From Acidimicrobiales bacterium (GTDB lineage Bacteria; Actinomycetota; Acidimicrobiia; Acidimicrobiales; AC-14): a stretch of DNA of 49,982 bases. Position 1 is the first letter of the stretch; each line of letters opens with the position of its first letter. The notes beneath the pieces were generated by a model. It was not told where the DNA came from. It ran no database searches and saw only the letters and a program-made list of their open reading frames with translations. The stretch lies in the NCBI GenBank assembly GCA_051003575.1, contig JBPCLE010000208.1:1-49982 (forward strand), written 5' to 3'. Of this stretch, positions 1 through 9,660 are shown in pieces. The position numbers and the translations under genes were made by a program.

Positions 1-116
1 CCCTCGAAGAGGGTGGACCCAGTGACCGGCCCGGGAGGCCGGTCCAATAGGCATTCACTGGGCCATCCCTAGAAGAGGGTGGACCAGTGACCAGCCCGGG
101 AGGCCGGTCCAATAGG
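1..116. repeat. Tandem direct repeat: two ~50-nt copies (1-51 and 67-116, 66-nt period), each able to form two short hairpins
   Basis: The copies differ at only a few positions. Copy 1 has 'ccctc-gaa-gaggg' (5-bp stem) and 'gaccggcc-cggga-ggccggtc' (8-bp stem, 24-44). The window edge truncates the upstream context. Confidence 0.8.
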
Positions 117-710
117 ACCGGCGTAGGGGACAGCGCGACAGTTACGCTCACGCGTGTGCCGGTACTGGCCGAGGTGGAGTTGGAGGCGAAGTCCTGCACG
201 CGGTGCTCGCTGGCGCAGGGGCGGACGCAGGTGGTGTTCGGCGTGGGGAGCGCCGACGCCGACCTCGTGTTTGTCGGCGGGGCGCCGGGCCAGCAGGAGG
301 ATCTGCGGGGCGAGCCGTTCGTGGGCCGATCGGGGCAGCTGCTCGACCGGATGGTGCTCGAGGAGATGGGCCTCACCCGCGACCGGTTCTACATCGCCAA
401 CACGGTCAAATGCCGCCCGCCGGGCAATCGCGACCCCCAGCCGGCGGAGATCACGGCCTGCGGCCCGTGGCTGGAGGCCCAGGTCGACATCATCGACCCA
501 TTGGTGGTCGTCACCCTCGGCAACTTCGCGGCCAAGCTCCTGCTCGGCACCACCGACGGGATCACCAAGCTGCGGGGCCGAGCGTACCCCTACCGGCGGG
601 GAGTGCTGGTGCCCACGTTCCACCCGGCGGCGGTGCTTCGGGGCGCCGGCGACATGGGCGCCCAGATGCGGGCCGACCTCGTCCGGGCCAAGGGGTACCT
701 GACCCGGTGA
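87..710 (+). CDS. Uracil-DNA glycosylase, family 4
   Basis: Family-4 UDG motifs: [55 protein letters not shown]. The longest ORF starts at GTG 87, inside repeat copy 2. GTG 156 (VPVLAEVE...) is a more plausible start. Confidence 0.85.
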   Translation: MTSPGGRSNRTGVGDSATVTLTRVPVLAEVELEAKSCTRCSLAQGRTQVVFGVGSADADLVFVGGAPGQQEDLRGEPFVGRSGQLLDRMVLEEMGLTRDRFYIANTVKCRPPGNRDPQPAEITACGPWLEAQVDIIDPLVVVTLGNFAAKLLLGTTDGITKLRGRAYPYRRGVLVPTFHPAAVLRGAGDMGAQMRADLVRAKGYLTR

Positions 711-1195
711 TCAAGGCCGCCACCACCTCTGTCGAGGAGACCCGCGCCCTGGCCGCCGGCGTGGCCACCCTCGCCGCGCCCGGGGACCTGATCGTCCTCG
801 CCGGCGACCTGGGCACGGGCAAGACCGCCTTCGCCCAGGGTTTCGCGCGGGGCCTTGGGGTCGAGGAGGCGGTCACGAGCCCGGCGTTCATCCTCGTGCG
901 CACCTACCGGGGCCGGCTCCCGCTGGTCCACCTCGACGTCTACCGCCTCGACACCATGCAGGAGCTGGTCGACCTGGGCATCGCCGAGCTGCTCGACGAC
1001 GGCGCCGTCACCCTCATCGAGTGGGGCGACGCGGTGGCGCCCGGCCTCCCCGCCAACTTCCTGGAGGTGCGACTGGAGGCCCGGGGCGGTCCCGACGACC
1101 GCCTGGTCAGCATCCGCACCGTCGGACCCGGTTGGCCACCTCGGGCCCGGGCACTCGAAGCCGCGGTTGCCAAGTGGGCGGTCCAGGGGTGCTGA
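707..1195 (+). CDS. tsaE: tRNA t6A37 biosynthesis ATPase TsaE
   Basis: P-loop 'GDLGTGKT' and 'HLDVYRL' are typical of TsaE/YjeE. The GTG start overlaps the UDG stop (GTGA at 707-710). Sits in a tsaE-tsaB-rimI-tsaD context. Confidence 0.9.
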   Translation: MIKAATTSVEETRALAAGVATLAAPGDLIVLAGDLGTGKTAFAQGFARGLGVEEAVTSPAFILVRTYRGRLPLVHLDVYRLDTMQELVDLGIAELLDDGAVTLIEWGDAVAPGLPANFLEVRLEARGGPDDRLVSIRTVGPGWPPRARALEAAVAKWAVQGC

Positions 1196-1893
1196 TCCTC
1201 GGCATCGAGACCGCCACCATCCAGGTGGGCTGCGCCATCGGTGGCCACGAGGGGGTGCTGGCGAGCTTCCACGCGGCCAAGGGCCGGCGCCACGTCGAGA
1301 CGCTGGTCCCCGCCATCGAGTTCGCGTGCCGCCAGGCCATGATCGAGCTGAGCGAGATCAGCGCCATCGCCGTCGATGTCGGGCCCGGCCTCTTCAGCGG
1401 GCTGCGGGTCGGCGTGGCCACCGCCAAGGCCCTGGCCCAGGCGCTGCGGATCCCCACCATCGGCATCTCCAGCCTCGACCTGCTGGCCTTCCCCGTCCGC
1501 TACACCAACCGGCTCATCGTGCCCGCCATCGACGCCCGCCGGGGCGAGCTCTTCTACTCCATGTACCGCCAGGTGCCCGGCGGCGTACAGCGGCTGGTGC
1601 CCTACCAGGTCGGCACCCCCGAGGATCTGTCCTCGGAGCTCCTGGCCCGCGGGGAGGACTGCCTCGTGGTGGGCGACGGCGCTGTGCGCTACCCCGGGAT
1701 CCTTGCCGAGGTTTCGGGGGCCGAGGCCGGCGGTGCCGCCCCGGCGTACCCCTCCGCGGCCTCCCTGGTGGAGCTGGCCCACCCCCAGGCCCTGCGCGAA
1801 GAGTTCGTGCAACCGTGGGAGCTGCAGCCGCTCTACCTGCGCAAGAGCGATGCCGAGATCAACTGGAGCGCGGTTCTGGACCGGGCGAACTGA
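1189..1893 (+). CDS. tsaB: tRNA t6A37 biosynthesis protein TsaB (YeaZ-like)
   Basis: 'VLILGIETAT...' ASKHA-fold N-terminus and 'AVDVGPGLFSGLRVGVATAKALA'. The GTG start overlaps the tsaE stop. Confidence 0.9.
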   Translation: MLILGIETATIQVGCAIGGHEGVLASFHAAKGRRHVETLVPAIEFACRQAMIELSEISAIAVDVGPGLFSGLRVGVATAKALAQALRIPTIGISSLDLLAFPVRYTNRLIVPAIDARRGELFYSMYRQVPGGVQRLVPYQVGTPEDLSSELLARGEDCLVVGDGAVRYPGILAEVSGAEAGGAAPAYPSAASLVELAHPQALREEFVQPWELQPLYLRKSDAEINWSAVLDRAN

Positions 1894-1896
1894 CGC

Positions 1897-2460
1897 ATGG
1901 TCCAGGCACGGCGAGAGGTGGGCCCCGACCAGCTGGTGGTCCACATCCTGCCCATGCGCCGGCGCCACCTCCGCCCGGTCCTCAAGATCGAGGCCCAGGT
2001 CTACGCCCGGCCGTGGTCGCTGAGCCTGTTCGTGAGCGAGCTGGCCCTGCGGACCAGCCGGGCGTACTACGTCGCACGGGTCAACGGCGTCCTCTGCGGG
2101 TACGGCGGGCTGATGGTGAGCCAGGACGACGGCCACGTCACCACCCTGGCCGTCGACCCCGCCTGGCACCGCAACAAGATCGGCACCCGCCTGCTGCTGA
2201 TCCTGGCGCGCACCGCCATCCGCAAGGGTGCGAGCAACCTCACCCTGGAGGTCCGGGTGACGAACACGGCCGCGCAGGAGATGTACCGGCGCTTCGGCTT
2301 CCGGCCCGCCGGCATCCGCAAGAACTACTACGTCGAGACCAACGAGGACGCGCTCGTCATGTGGGCCCACGACGTGCACACACCCGAGTACGGCCGGCGC
2401 CTGGCCGAGATCGAGGCCGCCGTGCCCGGCGTGACACTGCTCAGCGAGGGCCTACGGTGA
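1897..2460 (+). CDS. rimI: Ribosomal-protein-alanine N-acetyltransferase RimI (GNAT)
   Basis: GNAT motif A 'LAVDPAWHRNKIGTRLL', plus 'AQEMYRRFGF'. Canonical position between tsaB and tsaD. Confidence 0.88.
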   Translation: MVQARREVGPDQLVVHILPMRRRHLRPVLKIEAQVYARPWSLSLFVSELALRTSRAYYVARVNGVLCGYGGLMVSQDDGHVTTLAVDPAWHRNKIGTRLLLILARTAIRKGASNLTLEVRVTNTAAQEMYRRFGFRPAGIRKNYYVETNEDALVMWAHDVHTPEYGRRLAEIEAAVPGVTLLSEGLR

Positions 2461-2467
2461 ACGTCCG

Positions 2468-3475
2468 ATGAGCGAGATGCCCGAACAGTTCCTCGTCCTG
2501 GGGATCGAGACGTCGTGCGACGAGACCGCGGCGGCGGTGGTGGCCAACGGGAGCAGCGTGGTGTCGTCCGTCGTCTCCAGCCAGGTCGACCTGCACGCCC
2601 GCTACGGCGGGGTCGTCCCCGAGATAGCCAGCCGGGCCCACGTGGAGTTGCTGACGCCGGCGGTTGCCCAGGCGCTGGTGGAGTCGGGGATCGACGGGCG
2701 CCAACTGCACGCGGTGGCAGCCACCGTGGGCCCCGGTTTGGCCGGGGCGTTGCTGGTCGGCATCAGCGCGGCCAAGGCCTACGCCCTGGCCTGGGGCCTG
2801 CCGTTCATCGGCGTGAACCACATGGAGGCCCACCTCTACGCGTCGTTCCTGGAGGAGCCCGACCTCGAGCCGCCCCTCGTAGTGCTCCTGGTCTCGGGCG
2901 GCCATACCATGCTCGTTGCCATGGACGACCACGGTCGCTACCGGCTGCTGGGCACCACGGTGGACGATGCCGTCGGCGAGGCCTTCGACAAGGTGGCCCG
3001 GGCCATGGGGCTCGGCTACCCCGGCGGGCCGGCGATCGACAGGGTGGCGCTGACCGGCGACCCCGCGGCAGTGCGCTTTCCCCGGGCCATGCCCGAGGGC
3101 CTCGACTTCTCCATGAGCGGCCTCAAGACCGCGGTCATCCGCTACCTCCGCGACAACCCGGAGGCGTCGGTGGCCGATGTCGCGGCTTCGTTCCAGGCCG
3201 CCGCGGTCGACGTGCTCGTCGACAAGACCCGGAGGGCAGTGGCCGAGGTGGGCGCCCGGACCGTCTGCCTGGGCGGGGGCGTGGCCGCGAACTCACTGCT
3301 GCGCGAGCGCATGCTCGACCTGGCCACCGCCGAGGGCCTGCGCTGCTTCCTCCCCAGCCGCTCGATGTGCACCGACAACGCGGCCATGGTGGCTGCCGCC
3401 GGCTGGTGGCGCTACCGGGCCGACGGCCCGACGCCGTTGGACGTGGGCGCCCAACCCAACCTTCGCCTCGCGTAG
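2468..3475 (+). CDS. tsaD: tRNA N6-adenosine threonylcarbamoyltransferase TsaD
   Basis: 'VLGIETSCDETAAAVV', 'GVNHMEAHL', 'LLVSGGHT' and 'GYPGGPAIDR' are diagnostic Kae1/TsaD motifs. Confidence 0.95.
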   Translation: MSEMPEQFLVLGIETSCDETAAAVVANGSSVVSSVVSSQVDLHARYGGVVPEIASRAHVELLTPAVAQALVESGIDGRQLHAVAATVGPGLAGALLVGISAAKAYALAWGLPFIGVNHMEAHLYASFLEEPDLEPPLVVLLVSGGHTMLVAMDDHGRYRLLGTTVDDAVGEAFDKVARAMGLGYPGGPAIDRVALTGDPAAVRFPRAMPEGLDFSMSGLKTAVIRYLRDNPEASVADVAASFQAAAVDVLVDKTRRAVAEVGARTVCLGGGVAANSLLRERMLDLATAEGLRCFLPSRSMCTDNAAMVAAAGWWRYRADGPTPLDVGAQPNLRLA

Positions 3476-3540
3476 CGACGGCTTCCGCCGGCAGCGGCGG
3501 GCGCGGTGCGAAGCACCCGGGGGCCCGCCGCAGGAACACC

Positions 3541-3583
3541 GATAGTCCGACCCGGTTGCCGAGGCAACCGGGGTCGGACTATC
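3541..3583 (+). terminator. Long GC-rich hairpin (about 20-bp stem with one bulge, 3-nt loop) downstream of tsaD, abutting CIRCE
   Basis: 'gatagtccgacccggttgcc gag ggcaaccggggtcggactatc'. No U-tract follows, so a role as an intrinsic terminator is uncertain. Confidence 0.4.
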
Positions 3584-3584
3584 G

Positions 3585-3611
3585 TTAGCACTCGACATAC
3601 GAGAGTGCTAA
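3585..3611 (+). promoter_or_regulatory. CIRCE operator (HrcA binding site)
   Basis: Perfect match to the consensus TTAGCACTC-N9-GAGTGCTAA: 'ttagcactc gacatacga gagtgctaa'. Lies 35 nt upstream of the groES ATG. Confidence 0.93.
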
Positions 3612-3645
3612 GTACTCCCTTTCGTCCTATGGAGGTCGAACCGAC

Positions 3646-3936
3646 ATGAACCTCAAGCCCCTCGACGACCGCATCGTCGTCCGCCCCAGCGAGGCTGAGC
3701 AGACCACCGTGAGCGGGCTGGTCATCCCCGACACGGCCAAAGAGAAGCCCCAGCAGGGCGAGGTTCTGGCCGTAGGCCCGGGCCGGCGCTCCGAGCAGAC
3801 CGGCGACGTCATCCCGCTCGACGTGAAGGTCGGCGACATCGTCATCTACAGCAAGTACGGCGGCACCGAGATCACGACCGGGGGCGAGGACGTCCTGATC
3901 CTGTCCGGCCGCGACATCCTCGCGGTCGTGGGCTAG
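3646..3936 (+). CDS. groES: Co-chaperonin GroES
   Basis: '[12 protein letters not shown]...', 96 aa, typical Cpn10. RBS 'ggagg' at 3631-3635. Confidence 0.97.
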   Translation: MNLKPLDDRIVVRPSEAEQTTVSGLVIPDTAKEKPQQGEVLAVGPGRRSEQTGDVIPLDVKVGDIVIYSKYGGTEITTGGEDVLILSGRDILAVVG

Positions 3937-5579
<1,643 letters not shown>

Positions 5580-5580
<1 letters not shown>

Positions 5581-5646
5581 TACGAAAGTCCCGCCGAAAG
5601 GGCGGCCAGCCGGGTGTTCTCAGATCGGCTGGCCGTCCTTTCGTAC
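5580..5646. terminator. Nested inverted repeats between convergent groEL and the ferredoxin gene (bidirectional terminator candidate)
   Basis: Outer arms are 'gtacgaaag' (5580-5588) and 'ctttcgtac' (5638-5646). Inner arms are 'ggccagccg' (5604-5612) and 'cggctggcc' (5626-5634). There is also a small 'ccgcc-gaaag-ggcgg' hairpin. Confidence 0.55.
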
Positions 5647-5823
5647 GTTGATGGCCCCGGTCGGGCACAGCTCGGCCGCGGCCACGATGGCCTCCAGCGG
5701 CGCCGCTGAAGGGTCGACCACCCGGGCCACCCCGCCGGCGATCTCGAAGACGCCCTCGGCCGCGTTCAGGCACGCCTTGGAGGCGATGCACCGGGCCGAG
5801 CTGACGTCGATCTCGATGGTCAT
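5620..5823 (-). CDS. Small ferredoxin (single-cluster, 3Fe-4S/4Fe-4S type)
   Basis: 67 aa. 'C-x5-C' (CIASKAC) plus a distal 'CP' (LCPTGAI), as in actinobacterial Fdx proteins. Confidence 0.8.
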   Translation of the reverse strand: MTIEIDVSSARCIASKACLNAAEGVFEIAGGVARVVDPSAAPLEAIVAAAELCPTGAINVRKDGQPI

Positions 5824-5864
5824 GCGGGTCAGGGTACTTCCGGGTCTCGTCTAGGCTGAGTCCC

Positions 5865-6047
5865 GTGGACGAACGACCGCCCCCCGACCCGACCAAGCTG
5901 CTCGTGGCCTGGATGGAGTGGGAGCGCGGCGACACCCCGCCCGGCCGGGTCATGAGCAACCTCAAGATCGCCGGCATGCGCGAGTTCCTGGAGGCCACCG
6001 CCGAGGCCCAGGCCGACCTGGCTGCCTCCGCCGACCTGGCCGGCTAG
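5865..6047 (+). CDS. Hypothetical small protein (60 aa)
   Basis: GTG-initiated ORF filling an otherwise empty gap. Non-artefactual composition (K, M, E, W present). No family recognised. Confidence 0.5.
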   Translation: MDERPPPDPTKLLVAWMEWERGDTPPGRVMSNLKIAGMREFLEATAEAQADLAASADLAG

Positions 6048-6061
6048 GAAGTTAGCGCCGG

Positions 6062-6988
6062 TCACGCCGGGGCCAGCGCCACCTCTTCGTCCCAGTTCTC
6101 CGCGGTCTGGATGACCCAGAACGCGGCGAACAGGCCGATCTCCCAGGCTTCGAGGAGGAAGGTCGTGTGGTCGCGGCCCAACTGGAACACCTGGATGGCG
6201 ATGCCGCCGGCCGACATCGCCACGGCGACGATGGTGTACAACCGGAACAGGGTCCGATTGGCGTCTCTGCGGTGATCGGTCGCCTTGCCGGCCACCGCCA
6301 GGGTGAGGGCCACGAACATCAGGACGGCCGCAGGGGTGTGTGCCTGGGTCGGGAAGCTGTCCCAGACGCTGATGAGGATCCAGCCAAGGGCCAACGCCCC
6401 CGCGGTGACCAGAAGGGACACCGTCGTTCCCGTTCCAACCGCCGCCATAGCGTTGTTCACGCCGCGGTTGACGAAGAGGGCGATGACCAGGGCGACGGCC
6501 AGCCCGAGCGAACCGGCGATCAGCAGCGCCCGGAAGTTGTTGCCGACGATCGAGACGATGACGTCCGCCGGGATCCGACCGTCCTCGGAGAGCAGCGTCG
6601 ACGGTCTGCACCGGGGAACCGTCGCTTCCGATGCGCCGGTGCCTGTCGTGAAGACACCCAGGTCTCCCGTCGGCACAATGGCCACGACCGGAGCGAACAT
6701 GCCGGCGACGTTCAGGCAGATGTCCTCGTACGAGCGGCGGCCCTTGATCATGATGAGGGCGAAGCCGATGACCATCAGGCTGCCCACGAAGGCGGCCCGG
6801 ACGGGCGTGTAGTAGTAGGCGCTGATCGAGGTCTGCAGGCAGGCTCTCCCCAGGCGTCCGACCTGCCAACGCTCCCACCCGATCGCGGCTCCCAGCAGGA
6901 CAACCGCACCGACCATCCCGATGCGGAGGTACCGGTAGGTCTTGATCGCATCCGCCGACCGGAGTCTCTCCCGAGTCCCCCCTGCCAT
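6062..6988 (-). CDS. Hypothetical polytopic integral membrane protein
   Basis: Multiple hydrophobic helices, e.g. 'YLRIGMVGAVVLLGAAI', 'FVGSLMVIGFALIMI', 'LLIAGSLGLAVALVIALF'. Start set at ATG 6988 (MAGGTRERL...). The longer track ORF (to 7360) would overlap guaB3. Confidence 0.75.
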   Translation of the reverse strand: MAGGTRERLRSADAIKTYRYLRIGMVGAVVLLGAAIGWERWQVGRLGRACLQTSISAYYYTPVRAAFVGSLMVIGFALIMIKGRRSYEDICLNVAGMFAPVVAIVPTGDLGVFTTGTGASEATVPRCRPSTLLSEDGRIPADVIVSIVGNNFRALLIAGSLGLAVALVIALFVNRGVNNAMAAVGTGTTVSLLVTAGALALGWILISVWDSFPTQAHTPAAVLMFVALTLAVAGKATDHRRDANRTLFRLYTIVAVAMSAGGIAIQVFQLGRDHTTFLLEAWEIGLFAAFWVIQTAENWDEEVALAPA

Positions 6989-7166
6989 CGCGCCGTCCTC
7001 TCGCGGTCCGCACTGCCTGGGAAGCGCCCTTGCTAGCAGATTGCCGCCCCCGGCCGCAGGGCCCGCGGGCGGCACGCTCACCTGTCCTGCGCCCGGGCTG
7101 GCCGGATGCCTCGGATCGGCGCCGCACGCTGAGGTCATGGGGCCGGGACCCCGGTATTGTCGACAA

Positions 7167-8330
7167 ATGGCAGAGACTGAGATAGGGATCGGGAAGTCTG
7201 GCCGGCGGGCGTACGGGTTCGACGACATCGCCATCGTCCCCAGCCGCCGCACCCGTGACCCCGAGGACTGCGACATCTCGTGGGAGATCGACGCCTTCCG
7301 CTTCGACCTGCCCCTCATGGCCTCGGCCATGGACGGCGTGGTCAGCCCGGCCACGGCCATCGCCCTGGGCCAGCTCGGCGGGGTGGGCGTCCTGAACCTC
7401 GAAGGCCTCTGGACCCGCTACGACGACCCGGAGCCCCTGCTCAGCGAGATCGCCCTGCTCGACGCGGACAAGGCCACCCTGCGCATGCAGGAGATCTACT
7501 CCGAACCCATCAAGGAGGAGCTGGTCGGGCGGCGCGTCGCCGAGATCAAGGCGGCCGGCGTCACGTCGTGCGCGTCGGTCACGCCCCAGCGCACCACCCA
7601 GCTCATGCGGGCCATCCTCGATGCCGAGCTCGACCTGCTGGTCATCCAGGGTACGGTCGTGTCGGCCGAGCACGTCTCGAAGACGGTGGAGCCGCTGAAC
7701 CTGAAGCGCTTCGTGCGGGAGCTGGAGATCCCGGTCATCGTCGGTGGCTGCGCCTCCTACAAGAGCGCCCTCCAGCTCATGCGCACCGGCGCCGTCGGCG
7801 TCCTGGTGGGCGTCGGGCCGGGCCACGCCTGCACCACCCGGGCCGTGCTCGGGGTCGGCGTCCCCCAGGCCACGGCCATCGCCGACGCCGCCGGCGCCCG
7901 CATGCGCCACCTCGACGAGACCGGTGTCTACGTCCACGTCATCGCCGACGGCGGCATGAGCACCGGGGGCGACATCGCCAAGGCCATCGCCTGCGGGGCC
8001 GACGCGGTCATGATCGCCTCCCCGCTGGCTGCAGCCCACGAGGCGCCCGGCCGGGGCTACCACTGGGGTATGGCCACCTTCCATCCCACCCTGCCCCGCG
8101 GCGCCCGGGTGCGGACCACCCCCCGCGGCACGCTGAGTGAGATCCTCACCGGGCCGGCGCACGAGAACGACGGCCGCCTCAACCTCTTCGGTGCCCTCAG
8201 GACCTCCATGGCCACCTGCGGCTACGAGACGGTCAAGGAGTTCCAGAAGGCCGAGGTCATGGTCGCCCCCGCCCTGCAGACCGAGGGTAAGAGCCTCCAG
8301 ATCGCCCAGGCCATCGGCATGGGGGCCTGA
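7167..8330 (+). CDS. guaB3: GuaB3-type IMP dehydrogenase-related protein (no CBS domains)
   Basis: '[14 protein letters not shown]', '[12 protein letters not shown]' and '[24 protein letters not shown]'. At 387 aa the size and N-terminus match the GuaB3 class. Start set at ATG 7167 (MAETEIGIG...). Confidence 0.88.
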   Translation: MAETEIGIGKSGRRAYGFDDIAIVPSRRTRDPEDCDISWEIDAFRFDLPLMASAMDGVVSPATAIALGQLGGVGVLNLEGLWTRYDDPEPLLSEIALLDADKATLRMQEIYSEPIKEELVGRRVAEIKAAGVTSCASVTPQRTTQLMRAILDAELDLLVIQGTVVSAEHVSKTVEPLNLKRFVRELEIPVIVGGCASYKSALQLMRTGAVGVLVGVGPGHACTTRAVLGVGVPQATAIADAAGARMRHLDETGVYVHVIADGGMSTGGDIAKAIACGADAVMIASPLAAAHEAPGRGYHWGMATFHPTLPRGARVRTTPRGTLSEILTGPAHENDGRLNLFGALRTSMATCGYETVKEFQKAEVMVAPALQTEGKSLQIAQAIGMGA

Positions 8331-8338
8331 GGGGCCGG

Positions 8339-9142
8339 TTGCGCGACGTCACGGCGGTGGCCGGCGGGAACCATGCGGCCCACCTGGCCGCGGCCGAGGC
8401 CTGCCACGCCGCCGACGGCTCCGGCCGGTTGCGGGCGTTCCACGAGCTGGTCGCGGCGTCGCCGGCCAGCACGAACGCGTCGGCCGGAAGGTTGAGTGCC
8501 TACGACCACGCTGGCGGGGTCGTCGACACACGATCGACGCACCCCGACGAGGGATCGTTCGAGGCCAGCCAGGGTGGCGCGCTCGCGGGACGGGAGGGCT
8601 TCGAGGACCTCTGGGACCACGGGCGGCGCTTCGTGTACGGCGCAGTGAACGCCGGAGGGATGGGCGCCGAGCCCTTTGGCGATTTCTGCCTGGTGTTCCG
8701 GGACTGTGGGGAGGACGCCACCGACGCGCTGGCCGTGTTCCCCGAGGACTCGGTGAGCAGGTACGCCGATGCCGTCGGAGCCGTCGATGCCGACCGGGCG
8801 GCAGGGGAGGCGACGTCGTGGGACGACCGTGGCCTGCTCGCCGTCGCCGAGCTCGGCTCGGACGCGCTCGCCGCCTCGGACACGGACTGGCCCGGGGTGG
8901 TCTGCTCGGGCCGCGACTACCTCGAAGTGGTCATGGCCGGGAGCTTTCCCCCGCCGACGCTGTCGGAGATCCGGGTTCGATCGTCTGTCCGTGGAGAGGC
9001 GCACCACTACTGGGAGCAGGCGCAAGAGGGTGTTCGGCTCTCGGCTCGGGCCCGCACGGTCGCCGCCGCCTACGATGTCGTGCTGCGCTGGCGCGACTAT
9101 CAAGGCTGCGCCATCACTGAAGTGCCCGAAGGAAGGCCCTGA
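8339..9142 (+). CDS. Hypothetical acidic protein (267 aa), first gene of the coupled trio
   Basis: TTG 8339 (alternative GTG 8357), 9 nt after the guaB3 stop. No TM segment and no motif I recognise. Its stop overlaps the next start ('TGATG', 9140-9144). Confidence 0.65.
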   Translation: MRDVTAVAGGNHAAHLAAAEACHAADGSGRLRAFHELVAASPASTNASAGRLSAYDHAGGVVDTRSTHPDEGSFEASQGGALAGREGFEDLWDHGRRFVYGAVNAGGMGAEPFGDFCLVFRDCGEDATDALAVFPEDSVSRYADAVGAVDADRAAGEATSWDDRGLLAVAELGSDALAASDTDWPGVVCSGRDYLEVVMAGSFPPPTLSEIRVRSSVRGEAHHYWEQAQEGVRLSARARTVAAAYDVVLRWRDYQGCAITEVPEGRP

Positions 9143-9657
9143 TGAGCCTGATCACACTGGTGTCGATGGTTCCTTCCGGTGAGATCTTCGTCACGCGCGA
9201 CGCTTCCGGCCGGCTGCAGCTCCACAAGTCCCTCGGCGCGGGCGGATCCGGCCCGATCGACGAGCGGACGGCCGACCTGGCGGTGGCCAAGCACGGGTTC
9301 GTCGCCATCAACCGCGTCTTCGCCAGCTGGATCGCGCTCGACGACTTCCTCGAGGAGCGGGCGGCCGAGGCGGTGCCGGCGGTCGTGGTCGACCGCGACC
9401 GGCTCGGGCTCGAAAGCGCCCGAGGCCTGCTCGACGACACCTGCCGGTGCTTGGTGGGCGAGGGCCAGGGCGAAAGGGCGCGACGTCTGGCCCTGAACCT
9501 GCTGCGGGTCCCGTCGGTCCTGGCCGACCGACCGACCCATGACGCAGTGGTTGCCTTCCTAGATGGGCTGGCCCGGCCTGTGCTGATGCCACCACCCGAG
9601 CCGGCATCGCCGCTCCACGCCAGGGCACGGGAGGCCTGGGGCACGCTCGCCGCCTGA
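9142..9657 (+). CDS. Hypothetical protein (171 aa), second gene of the coupled trio
   Basis: The ATG overlaps the upstream stop by 1 nt, and the stop lies 3 nt before the next ATG. No recognisable motif. Confidence 0.65.
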   Translation: MSLITLVSMVPSGEIFVTRDASGRLQLHKSLGAGGSGPIDERTADLAVAKHGFVAINRVFASWIALDDFLEERAAEAVPAVVVDRDRLGLESARGLLDDTCRCLVGEGQGERARRLALNLLRVPSVLADRPTHDAVVAFLDGLARPVLMPPPEPASPLHARAREAWGTLAA

Positions 9658-9660
9658 GCC

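Noticed and set aside
855-2471. 538-aa plus-strand ORF (and the 479-aa minus-strand ORF 940-2379) spanning the t6A operon
   Set aside because: The Arg/Pro/Gly/Ala-dominated low-complexity translations are typical of off-frame reading in high-GC DNA. The same DNA encodes clearly recognisable TsaE, TsaB and RimI in other frames.
6942-7166. N-terminal extension of guaB3 (the 462-aa track ORF)
   Set aside because: The extension is P/A/G-rich and overlaps the divergent membrane-protein start. '[28 protein letters not shown]' from ATG 7167 aligns with the known GuaB3 N-terminus.
5829-8162. 777-aa minus-strand ORF across the membrane-protein and guaB3 region
   Set aside because: The composition is an artefact (poly G/R/D/P). 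It is antisense to a well-conserved GuaB3-type protein, and no motifs are present.
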